This document shows, in pieces, positions 45,029-53,273 of a stretch of 54,034 bases of DNA. Source of the stretch: a virus (Duplodnaviria; Caudoviricetes); IMG/VR virus record IMGVR_UViG_3300025387_000022, positions 1-54,034 of that record; one strand, 5' to 3'. Numbering within the stretch: the stretch's first letter is position 1; each line of letters starts with the position of its first letter. The position numbers and the translations under genes are program-made. The notes beneath the pieces are model-generated. The model saw only the letters and a list, made by a program, of their open reading frames with translations. It was not told where the DNA came from and did no database searches.

Positions 45029-45272
45029 TAAACAAGTAGCAGGAACACATTACAAATCTAAAATACAACATTGGGATTATGTTGTTGCGAATGACTTAGA
45101 TTATTTTCAAGCCCAAATAACAAAGTATGTAACTAGATGGAGAAAGAAAAATGGACTTACAGATTTGGAGAAGGCTTCGCATTTTCTTGAAAAGTATATT
45201 GAAATCGAGCGGAAGAAAGAAGATGAAGAATGTTCTGAGCCTACTGGATATTATGTAAATCAAGACAGATGA
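45012..45272 (+). CDS. DUF3310/SaV-like protein (T7 gp1.7-type nucleotide kinase-like)
   Basis: QVAGTHY..IQHWD...KYVTRWRKKNGLTDLEKA. Confidence 0.75.
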   Translation: MMSANDKQVAGTHYKSKIQHWDYVVANDLDYFQAQITKYVTRWRKKNGLTDLEKASHFLEKYIEIERKKEDEECSEPTGYYVNQDR

Positions 45273-47032
45273 AAACAATAATATTTGATACAGAAGTCTA
45301 TAAGAATGTGTTTTTGTTGTGCGGACTCGTTCTTGAAGACAATGAATATTTCGCCATATGGGGAGGGGACAATGTCGCCGAAGAAAACATTCGTAGTTTG
45401 TTTGATTCTTCTAATTGTTTTATTAGCTTCAACGGTATTAAATATGATATGCCGATTATTGGTTATTATCTAACAGGTAAAACAACTGAAGAGCTAAAAG
45501 ACTTAGGTGATGAAATAATCGAAGGAAACTTAATGCCTTGGGAAGCTGAACGCAAATACGGATTCCGCATTCCTAAAATTGATCATATCGATTTGATAGA
45601 AGTTGCTCCGTCGTTCGTCAGCTTAAAAACTTACGGGGCTAGAATGAATATGCCTACGGTTCAGGATCTTCCGTATCACCACACTGCCATTATAACTGAT
45701 GAACAGAAGCCGAAGTTACAAGAATATTGTTTTAATGATGTAAAAACAACAGCCGAGCTTTATAGGCGTTTAGAAGGTCAAATAAAATTGCGAGTTGAAA
45801 TAAGCAAAGAGTATCAAGTTGATTGCCGAAGCAAATCAGACTCACAAGTAGCTGAGCAAATGTTTTTAAAACGTCTTGATATAAAACGTAAGCAAATTGG
45901 AATACCTGCCTACGTAAGATATAAAATGCCAAGTTTTATTAAGTTTTACTCGGATGAGCTTATTCAGCTTGCAGAACGCATAGAAGAGCATCTCTTTATT
46001 GTTAAAAAGCCAAGTGGGCACGTTGAGCTTCCCGCATTCTTAAAGGATGATCTGGTTAGGGTTGGTGACGGTATTTATCAGATGGGTGTTGGCGGGTTGC
46101 ATTCGCAACATGATAAAAAGGATTGTTATGTTTCTGACGATAACTGGTGTATTATGGATTATGATGTGGCTTCTTATTATCCCGCTATTATGCTTAATTG
46201 TAATCTTGTACCTATGAATACAGGGGAGAAGTTTTTAGAAGAATATAGAACTTTATTTAATAGGCGTCTTGAAGCAAAGAGGGAAAAGAATATGGTGATT
46301 GCTGACTCATTACGTATTGCGCTTAACGGCACATTTGGTAAGACAGCAAACTGTTACTCACCCCTCTACTCCCCTGATGTTATGATCAATATCACATTGA
46401 CAGGGCAGTTACTTCTTCTTAATGTGATTGAACAATTAACACGACACAATATAGAAGTTATCTCTGCGAATACAGATGGAATTATGCTTTATTACAGAAG
46501 GATTGATCAGCATGTTGTTAATGCGGTAATCAATCATACAAGCGAAGTAACAAAGTTTATTTTTGAAGCAACTCCTTACAGATGTGTGGCGTTGAAAGAT
46601 GTTAATAATTATTTCGCTGTGAAAGTTGACCGCAGTGTAAAAGTAAAAGGTATTTATTCAGCGCCGACGTTAAGTAAAAACCCAACAGCGCCAATCGTTT
46701 CTAGGGCAGTGGGTGAATGGTTGGCGAATGGGACGCCATTTAATGAGACATTAAGAAAAGGAAATATAGAAGATTTTATAACCGTAAGAAAAGTAACAGG
46801 AGGAGGTGTACAAGGCGATAAATATTTAGGTAAAGTTGTAAGATGGTATCAGACCAAAGAGCAATTGCCACCAATAACATATGCTAGTAACGGAAACAAG
46901 GTAGCCAAGTCTTCAGGCGCACGTGAATGTATGAAATTACCTGTTGATATTCCTGAAGATTTAGATTATGATTGGTATGAAAACGAAATACTAAAAGTAA
47001 TAAAGGATATCGGTGCTAGCCGATTTTTATAA
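45269..47032 (+). CDS. DNA polymerase, family B-like, with 3'-5' exonuclease
   Basis: IFDTEV, FNGIKYD, YCFNDV; DYDVASYYP, RIALNGTFGK, SANTDG. Confidence 0.9.
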   Translation: MKTIIFDTEVYKNVFLLCGLVLEDNEYFAIWGGDNVAEENIRSLFDSSNCFISFNGIKYDMPIIGYYLTGKTTEELKDLGDEIIEGNLMPWEAERKYGFRIPKIDHIDLIEVAPSFVSLKTYGARMNMPTVQDLPYHHTAIITDEQKPKLQEYCFNDVKTTAELYRRLEGQIKLRVEISKEYQVDCRSKSDSQVAEQMFLKRLDIKRKQIGIPAYVRYKMPSFIKFYSDELIQLAERIEEHLFIVKKPSGHVELPAFLKDDLVRVGDGIYQMGVGGLHSQHDKKDCYVSDDNWCIMDYDVASYYPAIMLNCNLVPMNTGEKFLEEYRTLFNRRLEAKREKNMVIADSLRIALNGTFGKTANCYSPLYSPDVMINITLTGQLLLLNVIEQLTRHNIEVISANTDGIMLYYRRIDQHVVNAVINHTSEVTKFIFEATPYRCVALKDVNNYFAVKVDRSVKVKGIYSAPTLSKNPTAPIVSRAVGEWLANGTPFNETLRKGNIEDFITVRKVTGGGVQGDKYLGKVVRWYQTKEQLPPITYASNGNKVAKSSGARECMKLPVDIPEDLDYDWYENEILKVIKDIGASRFL

Positions 47033-47049
47033 CCGCAAGAAAGGAAAAA

Positions 47050-47361
47050 ATGTCTGATCAAAAAAGACCCGTAGTATGGGTTGTTGATAATTCTCTAAAC
47101 AAAACAATCAAAGACGTTATAAGATTTGGTGAGCCAGAGCACATTTACTCTTATGTTGATAAAGATATTGATTTAGTTAATCATGCTAGAGATGTTTTAT
47201 CAGCATATCGAGAAGGAGATTATTTATGTTTAATTGGTGATCCAAAATTAAGTTGTATTGCATCAGCAGTAATAGTACAAATGAACCCAAGTCATGAAAT
47301 TAAGTTTTTACAATGGGACGCCAGAAGTTATAGATACGAAGAATTTAATTTATCAATTTAA
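47050..47361 (+). CDS. Hypothetical protein (alpha/beta)
   Basis: AAGGA RBS; GDYLCLIGDP...LQWD. Confidence 0.65.
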   Translation: MSDQKRPVVWVVDNSLNKTIKDVIRFGEPEHIYSYVDKDIDLVNHARDVLSAYREGDYLCLIGDPKLSCIASAVIVQMNPSHEIKFLQWDARSYRYEEFNLSI

Positions 47362-47374
47362 TAAAGGAAATAAA

Positions 47375-48112
47375 ATGTCATTCAAAGACAACCTAGTAGT
47401 AGGTAAGCAAGAACTCCCACCACGTATTTGTATTTATGGGAATCACGGAATAGGAAAATCAACAATCGCATCACAGTTTCCTGATCCTATTTTTATTAAC
47501 ACAGAAGATGGATTAGACTCTCTTGATGTTACTTCTTTCCAACGTGCTGGAGAGGTAAATGATGTAGTTGATGCTATCAAAGTTTTATTAAAAGAAGAAC
47601 ATGAGTACAAAACATTAGTTATTGATTCAGTTGATTGGTTAGTTGAACCTCTTATCACAAAGGATATTGAGAGCTCTCATGACGCAAAAGACTTAGGTTA
47701 CGGCAAAGGTCAAGTATTTGTCGCAGAGTCTTTTAGAGAAATACTTCAAGGACTAGATGCATTACGTCGTAAAAAGAGCATGAATATTATTTTGCTTGCT
47801 CATGCTAACGTAGTGCGTTACGAAAACCCTCTTACTGAGCCTTACGATCGTTTCTCACCAAAGTTGCCGAACCGTTGTAATGCTTTGCTTCAAGAATGGT
47901 GTGATGTTATTGCTTATGCTGGTTTCAAAGTTATTGTTAAGAAATCAGATGTAGGCTTTAATAACACAGTCAACCGTGGAATCACGACTGGGGAGCGGTT
48001 ACTTCATGTTGTAGAAAACCCAGCGTATGTTGCAAAAAACCGTTATGCGTGCCCTGATGCGTTCGAAATGAACATTGAAGAAATCGCAAAATATATCCCT
48101 ATCAAACTTTAA
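47375..48112 (+). CDS. Sak4-like / AAA_24 ATPase (single-strand annealing)
   Basis: IYGNHGIGKST, TEDG, LVIDS, LLAH, AKNR; start follows AAAGGAAATAA. Confidence 0.85.
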   Translation: MSFKDNLVVGKQELPPRICIYGNHGIGKSTIASQFPDPIFINTEDGLDSLDVTSFQRAGEVNDVVDAIKVLLKEEHEYKTLVIDSVDWLVEPLITKDIESSHDAKDLGYGKGQVFVAESFREILQGLDALRRKKSMNIILLAHANVVRYENPLTEPYDRFSPKLPNRCNALLQEWCDVIAYAGFKVIVKKSDVGFNNTVNRGITTGERLLHVVENPAYVAKNRYACPDAFEMNIEEIAKYIPIKL

Positions 48113-48125
48113 TAAAGGAAATAAA

Positions 48126-48629
48126 ATGTCTAAATTTGGATTCGATTTAAATGAGTATAATTCAGATGGTGGTAGCAGAGATTACTCTCCATTGCCAAAA
48201 GGTGAATATACAATCAAATGTGTAGAAGCAGACCTTAAAGAAACAAAGAGTGGTGGGCAAATGATTGCTGCTAAGTTTGAAGTTGTTAAAGGTGATTATG
48301 TTGGTCGTTTTATTTGGAGCAATTATAACATTCACAATAACTCTGAGAAGGCACAGCAGATTGGTCGTGAGCAATTATCAGCATGGGCAAAAGCATCAGG
48401 TAAGCCCAACGCAAGTTCTGTTGACGAGCTCTTAGAGAAACCTTTTAAATGCTCGCTTGATATTGAAGCAGGAACAAATGGGTATGCAGATAAGAACCGT
48501 ATTGTTGGTTATGTTATGAGTGAAGCAAAAGCGCCACAGAAGAGTAGCCTTGCTGATATGAAAAATGATGATCCTGATAGCGCACCTTCAAAAGCGAAAA
48601 CAGATAAGAAAAAGAATCCTTGGGATTGA
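48126..48629 (+). CDS. Single-stranded DNA-binding protein (DUF669-like)
   Basis: PLPKGEY...GRFIW...; acidic/aromatic tail NPWD; follows Sak4. Confidence 0.75.
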   Translation: MSKFGFDLNEYNSDGGSRDYSPLPKGEYTIKCVEADLKETKSGGQMIAAKFEVVKGDYVGRFIWSNYNIHNNSEKAQQIGREQLSAWAKASGKPNASSVDELLEKPFKCSLDIEAGTNGYADKNRIVGYVMSEAKAPQKSSLADMKNDDPDSAPSKAKTDKKKNPWD

Positions 48630-48637
48630 ATGAAGGA

Positions 48638-48660
48638 TGGGGGCTTAGACCCCCAATTTT
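48638..48660 (+). terminator. Weak terminator/hairpin after ssb
   Basis: TGGGGG-CTTAGA-CCCCCA-ATTTT. Confidence 0.45.
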
Positions 48661-48674
48661 AATAAAGGACTATA

Positions 48675-49535
48675 ATGGCAACGAAAAAACCACTGAGTAT
48701 ACCCATACCAGTACAAGAAGTAGAAATGGTTGAACGCATTTATGATTCAATTAAAAAGAAAAAATCCCGTAAATTTAATTTATCAAGACTAGGTGCATCA
48801 GGTATCGGTAACGATTGCGTTAAACGTATCTGGCTTTCATGGAGAGGGTATGACAACCCACAACCTAGCGGAAGAATATTTAGGCTGTTCGAGACAGGTA
48901 ATCTACAAGAAACAAGGATTGTAAATGACTTACGTGATGCGGGTTATAGCGTTTGGGATATGATGGAAGATGGGCAACAATATACGTATACAGATAAGAC
49001 AGGGCATTTCGTTGTAAAGCTGGATGGAATTGTAAAAGGTGTTCCTGATGCAGAGAATGTGCCGCATGTTCTTGAAGTTAAGACGCACAATACAAAATCA
49101 TTCGCTGATTTAGAAAAGAAAGGTCTTGTTGAGTCTCAGCCTTCTCACTACTATCAGATACAAGGGGGTATGTTATTTGGTGGTTTTGAAAGAGGGCTTT
49201 ATATTGCCCTTAATAAAGATAACGAGCAGTACTATATCAGACGTGTTAAACCTGATTTAGAGGTTCAAGCGGATATATTAGAAAGAATTAATACGCTAAT
49301 TAATGCTGACTTAGCCCCTGCTGGAGCTGGTGAGGATTATGAAAAGTATCCTTGTGCTTGGTGTGATTACAGGGATGTGTGTTATAAAAAGAAACCACCT
49401 ATTGTTAATTGCAGAACGTGTGAACATTCTAAACCATTTGAAAATGGGGCGTGGCTATGCGCTTTGAAGAGCGCAACTTTAACATTAAAACATCAGATAG
49501 AAGCGTGCGAAAGTTATTCGCAGAAAGGTAAATAA
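48675..49535 (+). CDS. PD-(D/E)xK exonuclease (Cas4-like, Cys cluster)
   Basis: LGASGIG..C, LDG, LEVKT, YYQIQ, CAWCDYRDVC, NCRTC. Confidence 0.85.
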   Translation: MATKKPLSIPIPVQEVEMVERIYDSIKKKKSRKFNLSRLGASGIGNDCVKRIWLSWRGYDNPQPSGRIFRLFETGNLQETRIVNDLRDAGYSVWDMMEDGQQYTYTDKTGHFVVKLDGIVKGVPDAENVPHVLEVKTHNTKSFADLEKKGLVESQPSHYYQIQGGMLFGGFERGLYIALNKDNEQYYIRRVKPDLEVQADILERINTLINADLAPAGAGEDYEKYPCAWCDYRDVCYKKKPPIVNCRTCEHSKPFENGAWLCALKSATLTLKHQIEACESYSQKGK

Positions 49536-50011
49536 TGTATTATTTAGGAGTTGATCCAGGAATGAATGGTGCGATTGCAATTCTTGAAGATGAAGATATT
49601 GTTCAAATATTTGACATGCCCACAACAGAAGTAAAAGTCGGAAAGAGCACAAAGAAAAGAGTTAATCCGCAAGAGCTAGTTTTAGAGTTAGCCTTATTTA
49701 AAAACCAACATATTAAGGGAATAATAGAGCAAGTTAATGCGATGCCTAATCAAGGGGTTACTTCTATGTTTTCTTTCGGACGTTCTCTCGGAGTGATAGA
49801 AGGGGTTCTCGCAGGTTGCATGATACCGTACACACATGTTACCCCAGCGGTTTGGAAAAAGGCGATAGGGGTTAATTCCAGCAAAGACGGAGCACGTGAG
49901 ATGGCAATGCGCATTTGGCCAACAAAAACAGAACTATTCAAACGTAAAAAAGATGATGGAAGGGCTGAAGCTGCATTGCTAGCGTTGTATTTATATCAGG
50001 TGCGGAAATGA
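49535..50011 (+). CDS. RuvC-like Holliday junction resolvase
   Basis: LGVDPG..GAIA, IIEQV, SMFSFG, P..WKK, DGRAEAALLA. Confidence 0.85.
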   Translation: MYYLGVDPGMNGAIAILEDEDIVQIFDMPTTEVKVGKSTKKRVNPQELVLELALFKNQHIKGIIEQVNAMPNQGVTSMFSFGRSLGVIEGVLAGCMIPYTHVTPAVWKKAIGVNSSKDGAREMAMRIWPTKTELFKRKKDDGRAEAALLALYLYQVRK

Positions 50012-50159
50012 TTGAGCAGTTGTTAAAAGGTGCGGCAATCGCTATAATGGCTAATAATGTTTGGGTTTGTTTCGATAAAAAACCAAACTTACAAGATGTT
50101 GCCGAAGCAAGAAGACTTTTAGATCAATTAACTGATGAATTAATAAAGGAATCTTTTAA

Positions 50160-50441
50160 ATGAGTAAACCAGTAGCGTGGATTCGAAACCTTGATTTGGA
50201 ATATTTAAAACAAGGTTATGGGGGTGCTGTTTTTCCGCAAAAAACAAATAATACTGACATTCCAATTTACACCCATCCAGCAAAGACACTAACAGATGAC
50301 GATATTGCCAAAGTTGTGCATGGGTTAAATCAAAAAGCTAGAACTCCTGAACGCTGGGTAACTGCTATGGAAATAGGTGCTGAAACAATTATTCAATTAA
50401 GGGATGAGTTAACAATACTAAGAAAGGCACAAGAGAAATGA
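50160..50441 (+). CDS. Cassette-array ORF (PVAW / YTHPAKTLTD family)
   Basis: Ends ILRKAQEK in a junction repeat. Confidence 0.7.
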   Translation: MSKPVAWIRNLDLEYLKQGYGGAVFPQKTNNTDIPIYTHPAKTLTDDDIAKVVHGLNQKARTPERWVTAMEIGAETIIQLRDELTILRKAQEK

Positions 50442-50737
50442 CTGCAAATGAACTAGCAGATAAGTTGAAATTGTTTTGGCATACAGAAAATGATAATTTA
50501 TTTGAACAAGCATCCACCATGCTACGTCAGCAACAAGCTGAAATAGAAGCGTTAAAAGAAAAATTAATAATGGAAGAAGAAAGTTATATTCTTTTGGATG
50601 AAGAATGTCTTTTTGCTAAAGAAGTAATAAAACTACATCAAGCTGAAATAGAAGCGTTGAAAAAAGAAGCTGCACTACAAAGATTATCTGACTTTACACA
50701 AGAAGTTGAATCATTAAAGAAAGCGAGTGACAAATGA
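50438..50737 (+). CDS. Cassette-array ORF (MTANELAD family)
   Basis: QAEIEALK twice; ends LKKASDK. Confidence 0.7.
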   Translation: MTANELADKLKLFWHTENDNLFEQASTMLRQQQAEIEALKEKLIMEEESYILLDEECLFAKEVIKLHQAEIEALKKEAALQRLSDFTQEVESLKKASDK

Positions 50738-50817
50738 TACGATTTTGTATGATGATAGCAATTTTTTTATGTGGGATTGTAATTTTAATGACGGAAATCA
50801 TAAGGAATATAAAATGA
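50734..50817 (+). CDS. 27-aa hydrophobic peptide
   Basis: MIRFCMMIAIFLCGIVILMTEIIRNIK; ATGA overlaps at both ends. Confidence 0.5.
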   Translation: MIRFCMMIAIFLCGIVILMTEIIRNIK

Positions 50818-50954
50818 CCAAAGAACAAATACATAATATTTATTTACATATGACAGGTAAAGCAGAAGGTTTACTTGAAGCAGGTGCTGAAGCAGATTTT
50901 CCTGTTATGTTTGCCGAAGCAATTATTAAATTTTATATAGCGAGTGAGAAATGA
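50814..50954 (+). CDS. Cassette-array ORF (46 aa)
   Basis: MTKEQIH...FAEAIIKFYIASEK; AAGGA RBS favours this start over 50727. Confidence 0.6.
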   Translation: MTKEQIHNIYLHMTGKAEGLLEAGAEADFPVMFAEAIIKFYIASEK

Positions 50955-51127
50955 AGGTTAAAGAAATTGAATTGAAATTTACTTGCCAAATAGCCACTTA
51001 TAACCAACAAGAAATACTGAAGTTGCGTGATAAGTTGTATGAAGCCTTTGAAAACTGCACCCATAACATAGTTGATGGGGAAGGTTTGGTAGGCAACTTA
51101 CAACTTGAATTGTCTGGCGAAAACTAA
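50951..51127 (+). CDS. Cassette-array ORF (58 aa)
   Basis: Manually translated MKVKEIELKFTCQIATYNQQ...ELSGEN; ATGA overlap. Confidence 0.6.
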   Translation: MKVKEIELKFTCQIATYNQQEILKLRDKLYEAFENCTHNIVDGEGLVGNLQLELSGEN

Positions 51128-51142
51128 GAAAGGCACAAGAGA

Positions 51143-51235
51143 ATGGCTGATTATTTAATTATCGCAATTCGTTTTTTGGCTTTGATAATTGCTGTGATGT
51201 GTATAGCTTTGATAATAGAGTGCAAAGATATATGA
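51143..51235 (+). CDS. 30-aa hydrophobic peptide
   Basis: MADYLIIAIRFLALIIAVMCIALIIECKDI; starts at the ATG of a junction repeat. Confidence 0.5.
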   Translation: MADYLIIAIRFLALIIAVMCIALIIECKDI

Positions 51236-51402
51236 GATTAGAAATATTAGAACTTGAAAAGCCCCATCTTGTTAGTAAAAGCCAATGGGTAAACCATCCT
51301 GATTACTTTATGCCTGTTTTATTTACTCAATATGGCTGGTCAGATGGCAAAACAACAGTATGGAATAAAGAATTTGAAATAAGAAAGGCACAAGAAAAAT
51401 GA
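51232..51402 (+). CDS. Cassette-array ORF (56 aa)
   Basis: MRLEILE...EIRKAQEK; ATGA overlaps. Confidence 0.6.
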   Translation: MRLEILELEKPHLVSKSQWVNHPDYFMPVLFTQYGWSDGKTTVWNKEFEIRKAQEK

Positions 51403-51653
51403 ACAATGAACCAGTAGCGTGGTATTACGAAAATAAAAATGGGGTTAGTTGGGTTAGCGGAACACGAGAGAAACATGATAAAAATTTTGTGGCAGTTGAA
51501 AAGCCACTCTACACCCATCCAGCAAAGACACTAACAGATGAGGAAATATCAGATGTTATCAATAATGAGTTTGGACATAAATTCAATGGCTATGAAATTT
51601 GTTTTTTATATGCTTTTGCTAAAGCAATACTAAAGAAAGCGAGTGACAAATGA
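51399..51653 (+). CDS. Cassette-array ORF (PVAW / YTHPAKTLTD family)
   Basis: Paralogous segments with 50160-50441; ends ILKKASDK. Confidence 0.7.
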   Translation: MNNEPVAWYYENKNGVSWVSGTREKHDKNFVAVEKPLYTHPAKTLTDEEISDVINNEFGHKFNGYEICFLYAFAKAILKKASDK

Positions 51654-51901
51654 CAGCAAATGAATTGGCAGACGAATTAACAAAAATGTTTAGGGGCGAA
51701 GAATACGATAGGCTTGTACATGAAATACCTGATTTGCTTCGCCAACAAGCAAAAGAAATAGCAATGCTAAAACAAATTATTGATGCAAACAATTTACAGT
51801 CAGATATTGGACAGTTTAAAAAAGAAAAATACAGTGATGAATGGTGGAAAGAAGTAGCTTTGTTAAACAAAACTTTTCCTTTTAGGTTAGGAGGAAAATA
51901 A
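51650..51901 (+). CDS. Cassette-array ORF (MTANELAD family)
   Basis: Same N-terminus and LRQQ..EI..LK as 50438-50737. Confidence 0.7.
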   Translation: MTANELADELTKMFRGEEYDRLVHEIPDLLRQQAKEIAMLKQIIDANNLQSDIGQFKKEKYSDEWWKEVALLNKTFPFRLGGK

Positions 51902-52128
51902 TGTTAATCGGGTTCGTAAAGGAAAAACAAGAAGAAGCATTTGACGATTGGGTTAAACTATTAAAAGCTGCAAAGGCGGAAGAAGAGTTTTTAACTGACC
52001 CAAAGGCTGTATGGTTAGAGGCTTGGACACAAGCTACGATGGTCGCATGGAGTATTGTTGATGATAATATACCGCCTAAATATAGGGCAGCAATTCACGA
52101 AACTATTAAGAATAGGATGTTAAAATGA
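51901..52128 (+). CDS. Hypothetical protein
   Basis: GGAGG RBS, TAATG overlap. Confidence 0.65.
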   Translation: MLIGFVKEKQEEAFDDWVKLLKAAKAEEEFLTDPKAVWLEAWTQATMVAWSIVDDNIPPKYRAAIHETIKNRMLK

Positions 52129-52430
52129 AAGATTTTAAAACGATGGCGGAAGTAATGGCTGAAGGTAATCCTGAAAATACACAATTACCTTTATTTAATA
52201 CGGTTGACGAGCTTGATAGGATTATAAGCGCATTAAAATCAATTCGAGATAGCATAGCAATCGCAAGTAAACCTATGAGCAAATAATATGAGATTTAACG
52301 ATCTTAAACCTCGTCGCTCTAGAACTAAGATGTCTTCTAAACGTCGAGGGGCAAGGTTCATGAGAGGTATCTTTGACAGATATCATTTTTATAAAGCAAC
52401 GCTGAAGTATGGGCGCAAAAAACCGATAAG

Positions 52431-52751
52431 GTGGTGGAACAAATGAAAAGAAAAGCAACGAAAGAAGAAAAAGATTTGTATTTAGGTAATCAAGAAATTG
52501 AACCCGAACGCATCGATGCGGAAATCGCAAAGATTCGTGAGGGTAGGGATGCGCCCCTTACGGAACAAATTTTTGGTGAAACAAAAGCCTATATGGGCGA
52601 TGCAAAACAAGCATTGTTTATTAAGGATGGTGATATCCGCACGGATGATGACCCACTAATGGAATTTATTGAACTTTATCAACCCGCCGTGATGGTTGAT
52701 AGGCAAAAGTTTTACCGCAGGTTACTTGAAATATTGGAGGGTTGGAAATGA
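52431..52751 (+). CDS. Hypothetical protein
   Basis: ORF track; start may be the ATG at 52443. Confidence 0.55.
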   Translation: MVEQMKRKATKEEKDLYLGNQEIEPERIDAEIAKIREGRDAPLTEQIFGETKAYMGDAKQALFIKDGDIRTDDDPLMEFIELYQPAVMVDRQKFYRRLLEILEGWK

Positions 52752-53032
52752 AACCATTAAATTTAATTCAAGCATGGGATGAACAACAACGAAAACGTGA
52801 TACGCATCATGCAATTTTAAATATGTTAATTCAACAAATTGAAACGGTTGAAAAGATATTTGAAAATCATCAAGACAAAGTTATATCGCCAGCATCGTAT
52901 AACGTATGTGCAGGTTTGATACAGCAATTGAAAGCACATACTTATTCAACTTTTAATGATGGCGGTGCTGCTGCCCCAATTAACCCTGATGGTGAGAAAA
53001 TTACACAAATAAGGATTTTTTATGACTACTGA
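52742..53032 (+). CDS. Hypothetical protein
   Basis: GGAGG RBS; probable start MKPLNL at 52748. Confidence 0.55.
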   Translation: MEMKPLNLIQAWDEQQRKRDTHHAILNMLIQQIETVEKIFENHQDKVISPASYNVCAGLIQQLKAHTYSTFNDGGAAAPINPDGEKITQIRIFYDY

Positions 53033-53273
53033 AATGAGCCAATTACAACGCCAATTACTAGGTGGCGGTGGGGGTGTAACCCTTTTTACCCAACAAGAAT
53101 TTGATGATGCCCTTGCAATAGCGAAAGCAGAAATCATGGCAATGGCGATTGAAGCATCAAGAACGGCGGTGATGATGGAACGTGAAGCCTGTGCTGTACT
53201 TGCTGAAGAATGTGTTGATATTGAAAAGCTGCCCGAAGTAATTCGCAACCGCATACCTAGTCAACGTCAATGA
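53022..53273 (+). CDS. Hypothetical protein (EREAC motif)
   Basis: AAGGA RBS; MEREACAVLAE..IRNR; last plus-strand gene. Confidence 0.6.
   Translation: MTTEMSQLQRQLLGGGGGVTLFTQQEFDDALAIAKAEIMAMAIEASRTAVMMEREACAVLAEECVDIEKLPEVIRNRIPSQRQ

Larger units (their letters stand above)
50420..51653 (+). repeat. Six dispersed gene-junction repeats
   Basis: AAGAAAGGCACAAGARAA(A)TG at 50420, 51126, 51381; AAGAAAGCGAGTGACAAATGA at 50717, 51633; partial GCGAGTGAGAAATGA at 50940. Confidence 0.85.

Noticed and set aside
48675-49535. CRISPR-Cas system (Cas4-like gene)
   Set aside because: Stand-alone phage exonuclease in a recombination module; no cas1/cas2 or array
50727-50813. 75-aa ORF start at 50727, and similarly the 51199 start
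   Set aside because: ATGA coupling and RBS positions favour separate short ORFs starting at 50734/50814 and 51143/51232
50420-51653. CRISPR array or integron attC array
   Set aside because: Repeats are non-palindromic, irregularly spaced (about 190-300 nt), lie in coding junctions, and no integrase is present
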